A stretch of DNA of 64,000 nt, from contig JAMWCF010000001.1 of NCBI GenBank assembly GCA_023818695.1, forward strand, positions 403,306 through 467,305, given 5' to 3'. Positions 25,090 to 32,782 of the stretch are shown piece after piece. This stretch comes from Candidatus Omnitrophota bacterium (GTDB lineage: Bacteria; Omnitrophota; Gorgyraeia; 1-14-0-20-64-10). A program made the translations under genes and the position numbers. Numbering within the stretch: position 1 is the first letter of the stretch; each line of letters starts with the position of its first letter. The notes under the pieces were generated by a model. The model worked only from the letters and a program-made list of their open reading frames with translations, was not told where the DNA came from and made no database searches.

Positions 25090-25949
25090 CCCGCCACCTC
25101 CACTAAACCGTGGGTGATGGCCGTCTTTCTGATGACATCCGCCAAACGAATCAGCCCTGCTCGGGTGAAGCTTTCGTTATAGATGACCTTGACCCCTTGG
25201 CGGGTCAAGTCCTCCACCTGCACGTTTCTCGAAACGGGAAGGGCCGAGTTGGACCCATGAATGATGAGCTCCTTTGGTTTCGAAGGGGACATCATGACCT
25301 TTAAAGGGACTTCGCCTCCTGCTCCCAACATCGACAAATCGACCAAAACGATATCCGGTTTGAAAGAAACCAACAGCTTCAAGACCTCTTCCATAGAATA
25401 GGCCGGGGAAATTTCATAAAAACCGCCGCACTTATCGGAATCCGAGAAGAAGACTTCCTTCAGCTTGTAGGTGTACTCGGAAGGTTCGACAAAAAGCAAC
25501 TTGGCTCTCGCTTTAGGTCCTCGGAGAGATTCGGTCGATTCCGGTTGGACCGGAACGGTGTCGGACACCTGCTGTCCCGACAAAACCCTCTCGATGGTAG
25601 CCGTCAGCGCCTCGATGCCGAAAGGTTTTATCAAAAAACCGTCAACGCCGAGTTTTTCGACCATCTCTTGAAACTGGTCGTCATAGGCGGTCACGACAAT
25701 AACTCTCGTTTTTCGGCTGTGGGAATGGATGAATTTCAGGACTTCAATGCCGTTGACGCCCGGCATCTTCATGTCCAGAAGGACCAGATCAACCTCATGC
25801 TGATGCAACAATCGCATGGCTTGCATGCCGTCCAAAGCCGTCAACATCTCGTACCCCTTGCCCATGAAGTAACCGTGGAGGGCAAAGGTAACTTCCTGCT
25901 CGTCATCAACAACAAGCACTTTTTTAGACTCGGACGACTTTAAGACCAT
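25086..25949 (-). CDS. Response regulator: receiver domain plus a second degenerate receiver-like domain
   Basis: KVLVVDDEQE, DLVLLDMKMPGVNG and LIKPF define a canonical REC. The C-terminal half is REC-like but lacks the acidic pair (LLFVEPSE). The stop overlaps the HD-GYP start (ATGA). Confidence 0.85.
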   Translation of the reverse strand: MVLKSSESKKVLVVDDEQEVTFALHGYFMGKGYEMLTALDGMQAMRLLHQHEVDLVLLDMKMPGVNGIEVLKFIHSHSRKTRVIVVTAYDDQFQEMVEKLGVDGFLIKPFGIEALTATIERVLSGQQVSDTVPVQPESTESLRGPKARAKLLFVEPSEYTYKLKEVFFSDSDKCGGFYEISPAYSMEEVLKLLVSFKPDIVLVDLSMLGAGGEVPLKVMMSPSKPKELIIHGSNSALPVSRNVQVEDLTRQGVKVIYNESFTRAGLIRLADVIRKTAITHGLVEVAG

Positions 25950-25977
25950 CGGAGGAACCCTCTATGATGACGGTTAG

Positions 25978-26012
25978 AAAAAAATAAACGTCCACAGAAA
26001 GCCTGTAGACGT
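25978..26012 (-). terminator. Intrinsic terminator inside the 5' leader of the REC/HD-GYP operon (attenuator)
   Basis: On the minus-strand RNA, ACGUCUACAG-GCUUU-CUGUGGACGU forms 10 bp with one G-U pair, followed by UUAUUUUUUUU. It ends about 29 nt upstream of the REC ATG at 25949. Confidence 0.6.
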
Positions 26013-26184
26013 CTAGGTGAGGCACCAGTCCGGGGAGTTGTGGAGCTGGCTGCATCTCTGATTTTCAACCCCTCTCCTGACCCGATCCATTGCACCATCG
26101 GATCTTCTCCCTTTCATCCTCGCGAATGATAACGATGAGGCCGTCCCTCAAGATTTCGACAAAAGGGAGGAGAATCAAGCGGAC
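26013..26184 (-). promoter_or_regulatory. Structured ~170-nt leader RNA of unknown class (candidate riboswitch / attenuation leader)
   Basis: It lies between a near-consensus promoter and the leader terminator. Several hairpins are visible by eye, for example GAUCCGAU-GGUGCAAUGG-AUCGGGUC and CUCCCUUU...AAAGGGAG. I could not match it to any known riboswitch. Confidence 0.4.
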
Positions 26185-26213
26185 AGTATAAAGTTACGCT
26201 TGCGCCGTGTCAA
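26185..26213 (-). promoter_or_regulatory. Near-consensus sigma70 promoter driving the REC/HD-GYP/PilZ gene string
   Basis: On the minus strand: TTGACA (26208-26213), a 17-nt spacer, then TATACT (26185-26190). Confidence 0.55.
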
Positions 26214-26332
26214 CGATTTTCGCAACTCAAAACCCGATGGCAGAAAGCGGCGAAAGAGCAAATCCAGCAAAACATCCGCACTTTTCGAAAGAGCTTCAAC
26301 TATATAATTAATATGAGATTATGAAAATCTCT

Positions 26333-27952
26333 TTATTTTATATTATTTACATAATCAGTAAAATAGCCGCCAGTCAATGCATCAAGCCGTGCTTCCACCT
26401 CTTTCACGCGAAGCATTCTTTCCGAAAGCAGCGTAGGATCATCCGATGGGAGAGCTTCAAACTCGGACAAAAACCTCTGTCTCTGGAAATATAGGTGGGT
26501 CACTTCATCCAGGATATCCTGTCTTAACTGAACCATCAACCGAGATCGCGTGTCGATTGATATGAGGTCCGGATTCCAAATAAGATCGGCCAAATTCCAG
26601 CTTAAATCGAAACCGACCTGAACTGATTCATCTTCGGGTCCGACAAAAAACTGGGTTTCCCCTTTTGCGGAGGAGGATGCGATTGTCCTGTCCTTATCAC
26701 GATCAAGACTGACCCCTATCCGGGGCAGCCAGTGGCGGTAAAAAGCGGCCTGCTTCCAGCGGCTGATCTTACCGGCGCTGACATCCGCATAACGAATAGC
26801 CGCCTCCTGGACATCCCGTATCGAAGGGATCCCGTCAACCTGCAAAGAAAGGGCGGCAGGCCGTTGAGGGTTAACAGCTGCCGGAACCGGAACCTGCAAA
26901 AGTCCTTGTGGGGTTCCAAGCCATAATGAACGACCGTCGGCGCTCAAGGCCATTTCGGTAATATCCATCGGAACAGCCGAAACCTTCAACGAGGACCATT
27001 TTCGGGCTTCGGCACTAAACTGAAAAAGCCCATCCGGTGTCAGGACATACAAGGTCCCGAAATGCCGAAAATCCATCACAATCTGGCGAAATCGGGCCGG
27101 CCGCATTCCTTCCAATGGAACCTCCGTCCAATCATCCCCGCTATTGCGGCTGAGCCACATCCCTTTATCGGTCCACAAACAAATACCGGTAGATTCGCTC
27201 CGGAAAGCCAACCCTCCCGTTTTACCGGAAGAAGATCCCTCAGGGTCCTCTCCGGTTCCCGCTTCGGGATCCTCGCCGACTGGAGCAGGATCCTGCTGCC
27301 GAAACACTCTCTCCCAAGGATCATGCGGCGCTTTGAATCTGAACAAACCACTTTCCATCAAAACATAAGAATAATCGCCCGGAACAGCCGGCGCGGAAAC
27401 GGCCAAAACAGAGTTCCCTTCCGTCTCCTGGCCCGGTTCATTCCAAACGATCCCGCCATCTGAGCTCCATGCAATCCCGCCGCGCGTCTCCACCAGAAGA
27501 AGAGGAGGATCCTCTGCCCCCACGGACAAAGATAAAACCGGATCTTTGAAGCGGCGGAGACGAGCCCACCTCCTCCCTCCGTCATCTGAAAAAAACAGGA
27601 CGCGACCGCTCACCACGTAAAGGGACGTGGAATCGGCTGGATGGACGCACATATCCTGAATTGGTCCCCCAAAAAGAAAACTCCGGAAAACTGTTCTCCA
27701 TGTCCTCCCCCCGTCAGCGGTGCGGTAAAGAGTGCGTGGAGTTCCAGCCCACAGAAGCCCTTCCGATAACCGGTCGGAAACAACCGAAACGATATCCGAT
27801 CCTCCAAGGAAAATTCCCTGCGGAACAGACGCCGACGGCGCTGCCATGTCTCCCTCCGCCCATACCAGCCATCCCACAGACAGAACGCACAGTGCGAATC
27901 CGATACCGAAGAACAAAAGGGCCTTTCTCACATCCCACCTCCTGTTTTGCAT
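26333..27952 (-). CDS. BNR/Asp-box repeat (beta-propeller) protein with an N-terminal anchor and an unassigned C-terminal domain
   Basis: Repeats TADGGRTW, SDDGGRRW, SSDGGIVW and SRNSGDDW. An N-terminal hydrophobic segment, ALLFFGIGFALCVLSVGWLVWA. The start is ambiguous (27952, 27973 or 28021). Confidence 0.65.
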   Translation of the reverse strand: MQNRRWDVRKALLFFGIGFALCVLSVGWLVWAEGDMAAPSASVPQGIFLGGSDIVSVVSDRLSEGLLWAGTPRTLYRTADGGRTWRTVFRSFLFGGPIQDMCVHPADSTSLYVVSGRVLFFSDDGGRRWARLRRFKDPVLSLSVGAEDPPLLLVETRGGIAWSSDGGIVWNEPGQETEGNSVLAVSAPAVPGDYSYVLMESGLFRFKAPHDPWERVFRQQDPAPVGEDPEAGTGEDPEGSSSGKTGGLAFRSESTGICLWTDKGMWLSRNSGDDWTEVPLEGMRPARFRQIVMDFRHFGTLYVLTPDGLFQFSAEARKWSSLKVSAVPMDITEMALSADGRSLWLGTPQGLLQVPVPAAVNPQRPAALSLQVDGIPSIRDVQEAAIRYADVSAGKISRWKQAAFYRHWLPRIGVSLDRDKDRTIASSSAKGETQFFVGPEDESVQVGFDLSWNLADLIWNPDLISIDTRSRLMVQLRQDILDEVTHLYFQRQRFLSEFEALPSDDPTLLSERMLRVKEVEARLDALTGGYFTDYVNNIK

Positions 27953-28026
27953 CAATTGTATACAAATTTGCATATTTAACAAATAATTTTTTGCACGAAC
28001 TGCAATAAAAGCCAGATCCAAGGAAC

Positions 28027-28055
28027 TTGACGCTCATCTGGATTGCTGGTATCGT
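28027..28055 (+). promoter_or_regulatory. Candidate sigma70 promoter of the XRE-cupin regulator (nearly leaderless)
   Basis: TTGACG (28027-28032), a 17-nt spacer, then TATCGT (28050-28055). The ATG at 28063 is only 7 nt downstream. Confidence 0.35.
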
Positions 28056-28062
28056 CGGTCTT

Positions 28063-28614
28063 ATGAAGGCCCTGGGCAAACGGGTGCGGCTTTATCGGCT
28101 GCGCCAAAACCTGACACTCGCCGATCTCGCAAAGAGATCGGGAATAGCGCTTTCCACCCTAAGCCGCATTGAAACCGGCAAGATGACAGGCACGCTGGAG
28201 TCTCACATAGCCATCTCCAAAGCGCTCGGAATTCGCCTTCCCGAACTTTATTCGGATCTGGATTCCAACGGCCCCCCTCTCGAAATCCGCAGAAGCTCTC
28301 AAAAGGACCGGCAATTCAGCATCAGAGGTACTCACTTGACCGTCCTTGTGTCCAACGCCCTCCAGAAGAAAATGCTGCCGGTCATCATTCAGCTACCTCC
28401 AGGCAAAGCTTCGAGAGAAGAGCAACCGCCTGCCGGTACAGAGAAATTTCTCTACGTCCTAAAGGGAAAATGCGCGGTGTCAACAGGGGAACAACAGATT
28501 GTTTTGAACCAGGGGGACAGCGCTTATTTTCAGGCAGCGCTTCAATACTCACTCAAAAACGTGGGATCAACCAAATCTCTTATCTTGAGCACTTCCTGCC
28601 CCCCAGCAATTTAG
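28063..28614 (+). CDS. XRE-family HTH transcriptional regulator with a C-terminal cupin domain
   Basis: The HTH is LTLADLAKRSGIALSTLSRIETGK. The C-terminal cupin-like strands are FLYVLKGKCAVSTGEQQIVLNQGDSAYF. The start is taken at MKALGKRVRLYRL. Confidence 0.8.
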   Translation: MKALGKRVRLYRLRQNLTLADLAKRSGIALSTLSRIETGKMTGTLESHIAISKALGIRLPELYSDLDSNGPPLEIRRSSQKDRQFSIRGTHLTVLVSNALQKKMLPVIIQLPPGKASREEQPPAGTEKFLYVLKGKCAVSTGEQQIVLNQGDSAYFQAALQYSLKNVGSTKSLILSTSCPPAI

Positions 28615-29003
28615 CGGGCCTGCTCCACCAGAAGGGGATAGCGGACCTTCAGATCCCCATTTAAAAGGACCTCAATCGCGTATTCACCCGGCTGGGCCAA
28701 TTCCAGGTTGCTGAAGCGAGCAATAACCGAGTGCCTGCCTTTCAAATTCGTCAGGTGGAAAACGGTTTCCTTGTCTCTGGCGATTTCCTGGCCGGCTGGA
28801 TCCAAAATCCGGCTGTACTGCTTGAACGAGCCGACACCGCCAACCCAGCCGTTGACAACAAAAAGGGTCGGGTGGACTGCCGGGAATTCCCGCGCCCCGA
28901 TCGTCTCAAACATGCCGATAAGGATGAACTTTCCATTCTCTTCTCTCCGCACGTCATCGCAGAGAACGGAATAAAGCAGGGAGGGCTCTATAGAGGTATT
29001 CAA
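28611..29003 (-). CDS. Hypothetical protein (possibly DUF6941-like)
   Basis: 130-aa ORF whose start overlaps the upstream PilZ stop by 4 nt. The N-terminal pattern LLYSVLCDDVRREENGKFILIGMFETI...FP resembles what I recall of DUF6941, but that is from memory only. Confidence 0.45.
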   Translation of the reverse strand: MNTSIEPSLLYSVLCDDVRREENGKFILIGMFETIGAREFPAVHPTLFVVNGWVGGVGSFKQYSRILDPAGQEIARDKETVFHLTNLKGRHSVIARFSNLELAQPGEYAIEVLLNGDLKVRYPLLVEQAR

Positions 29004-29416
29004 GGAGCGGTAGCGGGGGCTATCTTGTCGAGCAGGGCCTCTAATCGAGACTTATCATCCGGGGAAAGGCCTGAAAATTCGATGCCGGTGTCGAAACTCT
29101 GCTTCCGTTTGATGTCTCTGCGAAGGACGACCCACACAATCGTTCCTTGGGATCGGATGGGGGGCTTGCCGTCTTCAACGGTGAGCTCCAATTCAACGGG
29201 CGAAAAGATATCCAGTCCCCTGTCCATCAGAACGCAGACTCCGCCCAACCCAATATTCTCCGTGACGGTGGAGATAGACGAGGTTCCTCCCGCTTGCCGG
29301 AGCTTTATGACGCACCGCGATTTGACCCTCGGAAACCGGCGTTGGTTTATTCCCTGCCACACGGCCTGTGCCCTCCTTATGCTTCCTCTTATAGAGGATA
29401 TTGAATCAAATTGCAA
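29000..29416 (-). CDS. PilZ domain protein (variant second motif)
   Basis: QRRFPR (RxxxR) and NIGLGG (NxGxxG rather than NxSxxG). The C-terminal half is a beta-barrel-like PilZ domain. Confidence 0.7.
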   Translation of the reverse strand: MQFDSISSIRGSIRRAQAVWQGINQRRFPRVKSRCVIKLRQAGGTSSISTVTENIGLGGVCVLMDRGLDIFSPVELELTVEDGKPPIRSQGTIVWVVLRRDIKRKQSFDTGIEFSGLSPDDKSRLEALLDKIAPATAP

Positions 29417-29453
29417 GGGATTCTAAATCGTGATACCCTGATGTCGACGAGCT

Positions 29454-30314
29454 ATGTACGAAGCCTTCTACGGATTCCGGGAGAAACCCTTCCACGTCAC
29501 GGCCGACCCTGCGTTCCTCTACCTGTCCCGGCAGCACCAGGAAGCCATGGATCACTTAAGCTATGGGCTTCAGCAGCGCCTCGGCTTCCTCATGATTACG
29601 GGAGAGGTCGGCACGGGAAAGACGACAGTAGCGCGGGCCCTGGTTGACAAACTGGCCGGCATCATTCATACGGCCCTCATTTTGAACCCGGCTCTTAGTG
29701 GTACCCAGCTGCTTCAAGCGATCGCCAAAGATTTCGGCATTCTGCCTGATCCAAAAACGCGCCGCCTGCCAACCAACCGCGGAGAACTCATCGGACTCAT
29801 TGAAAACTTTCTGCTTAAACAGGCCGCTGCCGGCAGTTATTGCGTCCTGATCATCGATGAAGCCCAGGCATTGAGCTTGCAGGCGCTGGAACAGGTTCGC
29901 CTTCTTTCCACCGTTGAAACAACGAAAGCAAAATTGCTCCAAATCATCCTGGTTGGACAGCCGGAGTTGATCGAACGGCTTGAAAGGAATTACAGACTGC
30001 GGGCTCTTAAAGACAGGATCGCCGTCAAATACCACATGCAGCCATTAACCGAGGAAGAGACTGGCGCTTACATCAACCACCGGCTGCGCGTGGCCAGCGC
30101 GGAACGTCAGATCCCCCGTTTCACGGAGGGCGCCATCTCCAAAATCGCGTCTCTATCCAACGGCATACCACGACGAATCAACAGGATCTGCGATAACGCC
30201 CTTTTGGCTGGTTTTGTTCATGAAGCGTTCACGATCGATGAAAAACTGGTGGAAGAAGGGCATATGAACCGCGTTCATGACACGGATACGGTGCCTTATT
30301 TTACAAATACCTGA
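29454..30314 (+). CDS. ExeA/MshM-type AAA ATPase (short form, no peptidoglycan-binding domain)
   Basis: MYEAFYGFREKPF at the N-terminus, Walker A ITGEVGTGKTT and Walker B LIIDEAQAL. At 286 aa it matches the MshM-like short forms. Confidence 0.85.
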   Translation: MYEAFYGFREKPFHVTADPAFLYLSRQHQEAMDHLSYGLQQRLGFLMITGEVGTGKTTVARALVDKLAGIIHTALILNPALSGTQLLQAIAKDFGILPDPKTRRLPTNRGELIGLIENFLLKQAAAGSYCVLIIDEAQALSLQALEQVRLLSTVETTKAKLLQIILVGQPELIERLERNYRLRALKDRIAVKYHMQPLTEEETGAYINHRLRVASAERQIPRFTEGAISKIASLSNGIPRRINRICDNALLAGFVHEAFTIDEKLVEEGHMNRVHDTDTVPYFTNT

Positions 30315-30335
30315 TCACAATAGAGGAGGCATGAG

Positions 30336-30740
30336 ATGAGTTTAATTGCTGAAGCGCTTCGCAAGGCAGCAAGCGATCCATCGGGCTCTACTTTCAGGAA
30401 ACCTCGCTGGTTTTATGGAATAGCATTCATCCTGTTTGTTGCGCTTGGGTTCGGCTTGGTCACCCAATCGCATAAAGAACCCTCCGCTACAAAAATGGAG
30501 AAGCCGCAGGCGGCGAAGGTGTCCAGCGAAAAAATCGGTTTAGAGCTTTCCCGAACGGCTGAAAAGCGATGGCAACTAAGCGGAACGATCCGAGGCGGCC
30601 ACGGAAAACCGATCGCCCTTCTGAATAATTCCGTCGTCGCCGAAGGAGAGACGATCGGCGGGATGAAGGTGGTTCAGGTCCGCGAAGATGAGGTGGATTT
30701 GGAGGCGGACGGAAGGATTGAAACGGTTGAGATTCGCTGA
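30336..30740 (+). CDS. GspB-like small bitopic protein (type II secretion protein B C-terminal-like domain)
   Basis: N-terminal TM segment WFYGIAFILFVALGFGLV. The C-terminus LSGTIRGGHGKPIALLNNSVVAEGETIGGMKVVQVREDEVDL resembles the GspB/PilP-type beta domain. It lies directly downstream of the exeA-like gene. Confidence 0.5.
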   Translation: MSLIAEALRKAASDPSGSTFRKPRWFYGIAFILFVALGFGLVTQSHKEPSATKMEKPQAAKVSSEKIGLELSRTAEKRWQLSGTIRGGHGKPIALLNNSVVAEGETIGGMKVVQVREDEVDLEADGRIETVEIR

Positions 30741-30741
30741 A

Positions 30742-31461
30742 CTACCGCAGTTTGACAAACGCGTCTGAAAAGCGGGGATCTTCCACTAGACGCTTTTTTT
30801 CCAGAACAGCTTCGTCTCGGCTGACAAATTGCCCAACGCAAACCACATAGCGCGGTTTGCCATTCCGTCGTTTAGTTTCCACGACAAAAGCGGGATAGCC
30901 GATCTCCTGAAGGTAGGCCAGTACTTGATCCGCCATGGGGCGGACATCGTAAACCACCACCTGAACGGTGTAAGGAGAAGCTTCCTGAAAAAGGATCGGA
31001 GAGGCCTGCAAAAACTGAACCCCAGCAGGATAGCCAAGGATGACCCCGAGCACGAGAAATACGAAAACACCCCCGAAAAGCTTTTTCCACCTTCCTGCTC
31101 CGGGATCATCGCTGTGCGAGGAAGCCCTTTCCGGCAACGGCGTCTCAATCATCTTCCGCTGTCGGATCATCGCCTCTTCCAGCCGTTCCCTTTCCTGCCT
31201 CAAGACAATCAGCTCGCTTCGAAGCCGGTCCAGTTCACTCGCTAAAATTTCGGTACCCGTCCACTTGGAATCCGGCTTGCTGCCCTGCAAAAAGGAGGTT
31301 GTCGTCCCCATCTGACGCCATGGGGTTTCCTTTCTCACGGCTCCTGCATCCTGTGCGACCATCCTGCTGGAAGAGGCTCCCCGACGGTAACCTCCGTAAA
31401 GGCGCGCTTGGATTTCCGCCTCCGTCAACACTTTCATCCCGTGAGAGTCGCCCTGTTTCAT
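30742..31461 (-). CDS. SPOR domain (peptidoglycan-binding) membrane protein
   Basis: Central TM helix and coiled-coil. The C-terminal SPOR-like region is YTVQVVVYDVRPMADQVLAYLQEIGYPAFVV...VCVGQFVSRDEA. Confidence 0.75.
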   Translation of the reverse strand: MKQGDSHGMKVLTEAEIQARLYGGYRRGASSSRMVAQDAGAVRKETPWRQMGTTTSFLQGSKPDSKWTGTEILASELDRLRSELIVLRQERERLEEAMIRQRKMIETPLPERASSHSDDPGAGRWKKLFGGVFVFLVLGVILGYPAGVQFLQASPILFQEASPYTVQVVVYDVRPMADQVLAYLQEIGYPAFVVETKRRNGKPRYVVCVGQFVSRDEAVLEKKRLVEDPRFSDAFVKLR

Positions 31462-31922
31462 TTCGATTGCAACCTCAAGCGGTAAAGAGACAAAGTGACG
31501 TCACCGAACGTCCAGGATCCATTTTCCGAAAATCCAAGCAAACGGCACAGCCGGACAGCCTGCTCCATCCGGTTCGACGTCCGAATGACAACCTCTTCAA
31601 ACCCTTGACGGCGGCAAAACCCCAGGGACTCTTGAAGCAGCTTGAAGCCGATTCCCCTGCCCCGGTAATGGGGATCCACAAAGAGGCGTCGTAAAATAGC
31701 AGTTTTCTCTCCATCCGCCTTAACACCACACGTCCCGATGATCTGATTCCCTTCTTCAGCGATAAAAAAAACGTTTGCCGGCCCTTGGTAGGTTTCGGTC
31801 AAACGCTCCAGGTCATTCGTGGCGTAAGCTGACTGATCCTCTGGAAACTCCTTCGCTAAGACCGAGGTCACCAGCCTCAACACCTGCTCCGAATCTTTCG
31901 GTTCACATATCCGTATCGTCAC
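31458..31922 (-). CDS. GNAT family N-acetyltransferase
   Basis: Acetyl-CoA binding motif RRLFVDPHYRGRGIGFKLL. GTG start. The stop overlaps the SPOR gene start. Confidence 0.85.
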   Translation of the reverse strand: MTIRICEPKDSEQVLRLVTSVLAKEFPEDQSAYATNDLERLTETYQGPANVFFIAEEGNQIIGTCGVKADGEKTAILRRLFVDPHYRGRGIGFKLLQESLGFCRRQGFEEVVIRTSNRMEQAVRLCRLLGFSENGSWTFGDVTLSLYRLRLQSK

Positions 31923-31992
31923 GCTTCAACAACCAATATCACACCACATAAAATAATGATAATGCCGAACCCACATCACAAATGATTACCTT

Positions 31993-32022
31993 ATGTTACA
32001 GAAGACGGCCGCATGCTGTCAA
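31993..32022 (-). promoter_or_regulatory. Candidate sigma70 promoter for the GNAT-SPOR pair
   Basis: On the minus strand: TTGACA (32017-32022), an 18-nt spacer, then TAACAT (31993-31998). Confidence 0.35.
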
Positions 32023-32044
32023 CCAGGAAAAAATAGTCCGGGAA

Positions 32045-32737
32045 TCAGGGGATCGGGGCCAGCAAATGCTCCAAAGCCTGTTTGGCGGCCTCTTGACTGG
32101 CCGCCTTTTTACTGGGGCCGGCCCCCTGGCCGTATGTCTTGCCTCTCCAACCCACAGCCACCCGGAAAATCCGCCGGTGTCCCGGGCCCGTTTCTTCGAG
32201 AACCTTGTATTCCGGCGTCGCTCTGAAATACCGGAGGGAATATTCCTGCAGAAGAGACTTGTAATCAACCGATGAATGACCCGATTCAACCGCTTCTATT
32301 TCGCCATGGAAAAGACGCTTGATCAGGCGGGATGCGGGCACAACTCCCCGGTCCAGAAAAATGGCCGCGATGACGGCTTCGAAAGCCGATCCGATGATGG
32401 ACGGCCTCTTGCCTTCCCCGCGAGCGACTTCGCCTGTCCCCATCAGGATCCATCGGTCTAATTGCAAAGCTGAAGCGATGTCAGCCAGCGTCGTCCGGCT
32501 GACAATCTGCGCTTTGATCTTGGCCAGATCCCCGACCTTCAGATTCGGATAGCGCCGATAGAGTTCCTCCGAAATAACCAAACCGATGACGGCATCTCCA
32601 AGGAACTCCATTGTCTCGTTGTCGCTCAAAGAGGCGGACTGCCTGCCCCCTTGCACGTAAGACCGGTGGACAAGCGCCTGGTTCAAAAGCTGAAGACGCC
32701 TGAAGCGAACCCCCAGGAGATGTTCAAGGTGATGCAA
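32045..32737 (-). CDS. rnc: Ribonuclease III
   Basis: RNase III signature ETMEFLGDAV and a C-terminal dsRBD (GPGHRRIFRVAV...GQGAGPSKKAASQEAAKQAL). Confidence 0.9.
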   Translation of the reverse strand: MHHLEHLLGVRFRRLQLLNQALVHRSYVQGGRQSASLSDNETMEFLGDAVIGLVISEELYRRYPNLKVGDLAKIKAQIVSRTTLADIASALQLDRWILMGTGEVARGEGKRPSIIGSAFEAVIAAIFLDRGVVPASRLIKRLFHGEIEAVESGHSSVDYKSLLQEYSLRYFRATPEYKVLEETGPGHRRIFRVAVGWRGKTYGQGAGPSKKAASQEAAKQALEHLLAPIP

Positions 32738-32782
32738 CTCCTTCGCTCTTTGGCGATCAATTCCAGTCCGGAAAAGGATGGA

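Noticed and set aside
26013-26184. Whether the leader of the c-di-GMP operon is a GEMM-I or GEMM-II c-di-GMP riboswitch.
   Set aside because: I looked for the conserved cores I remember (GGCAAACC / GACGCAAAGCC for class I; GUGCAACCGAC-like for class II) and did not find them. I retained it only as an unclassified leader. An Infernal scan is needed for certainty.
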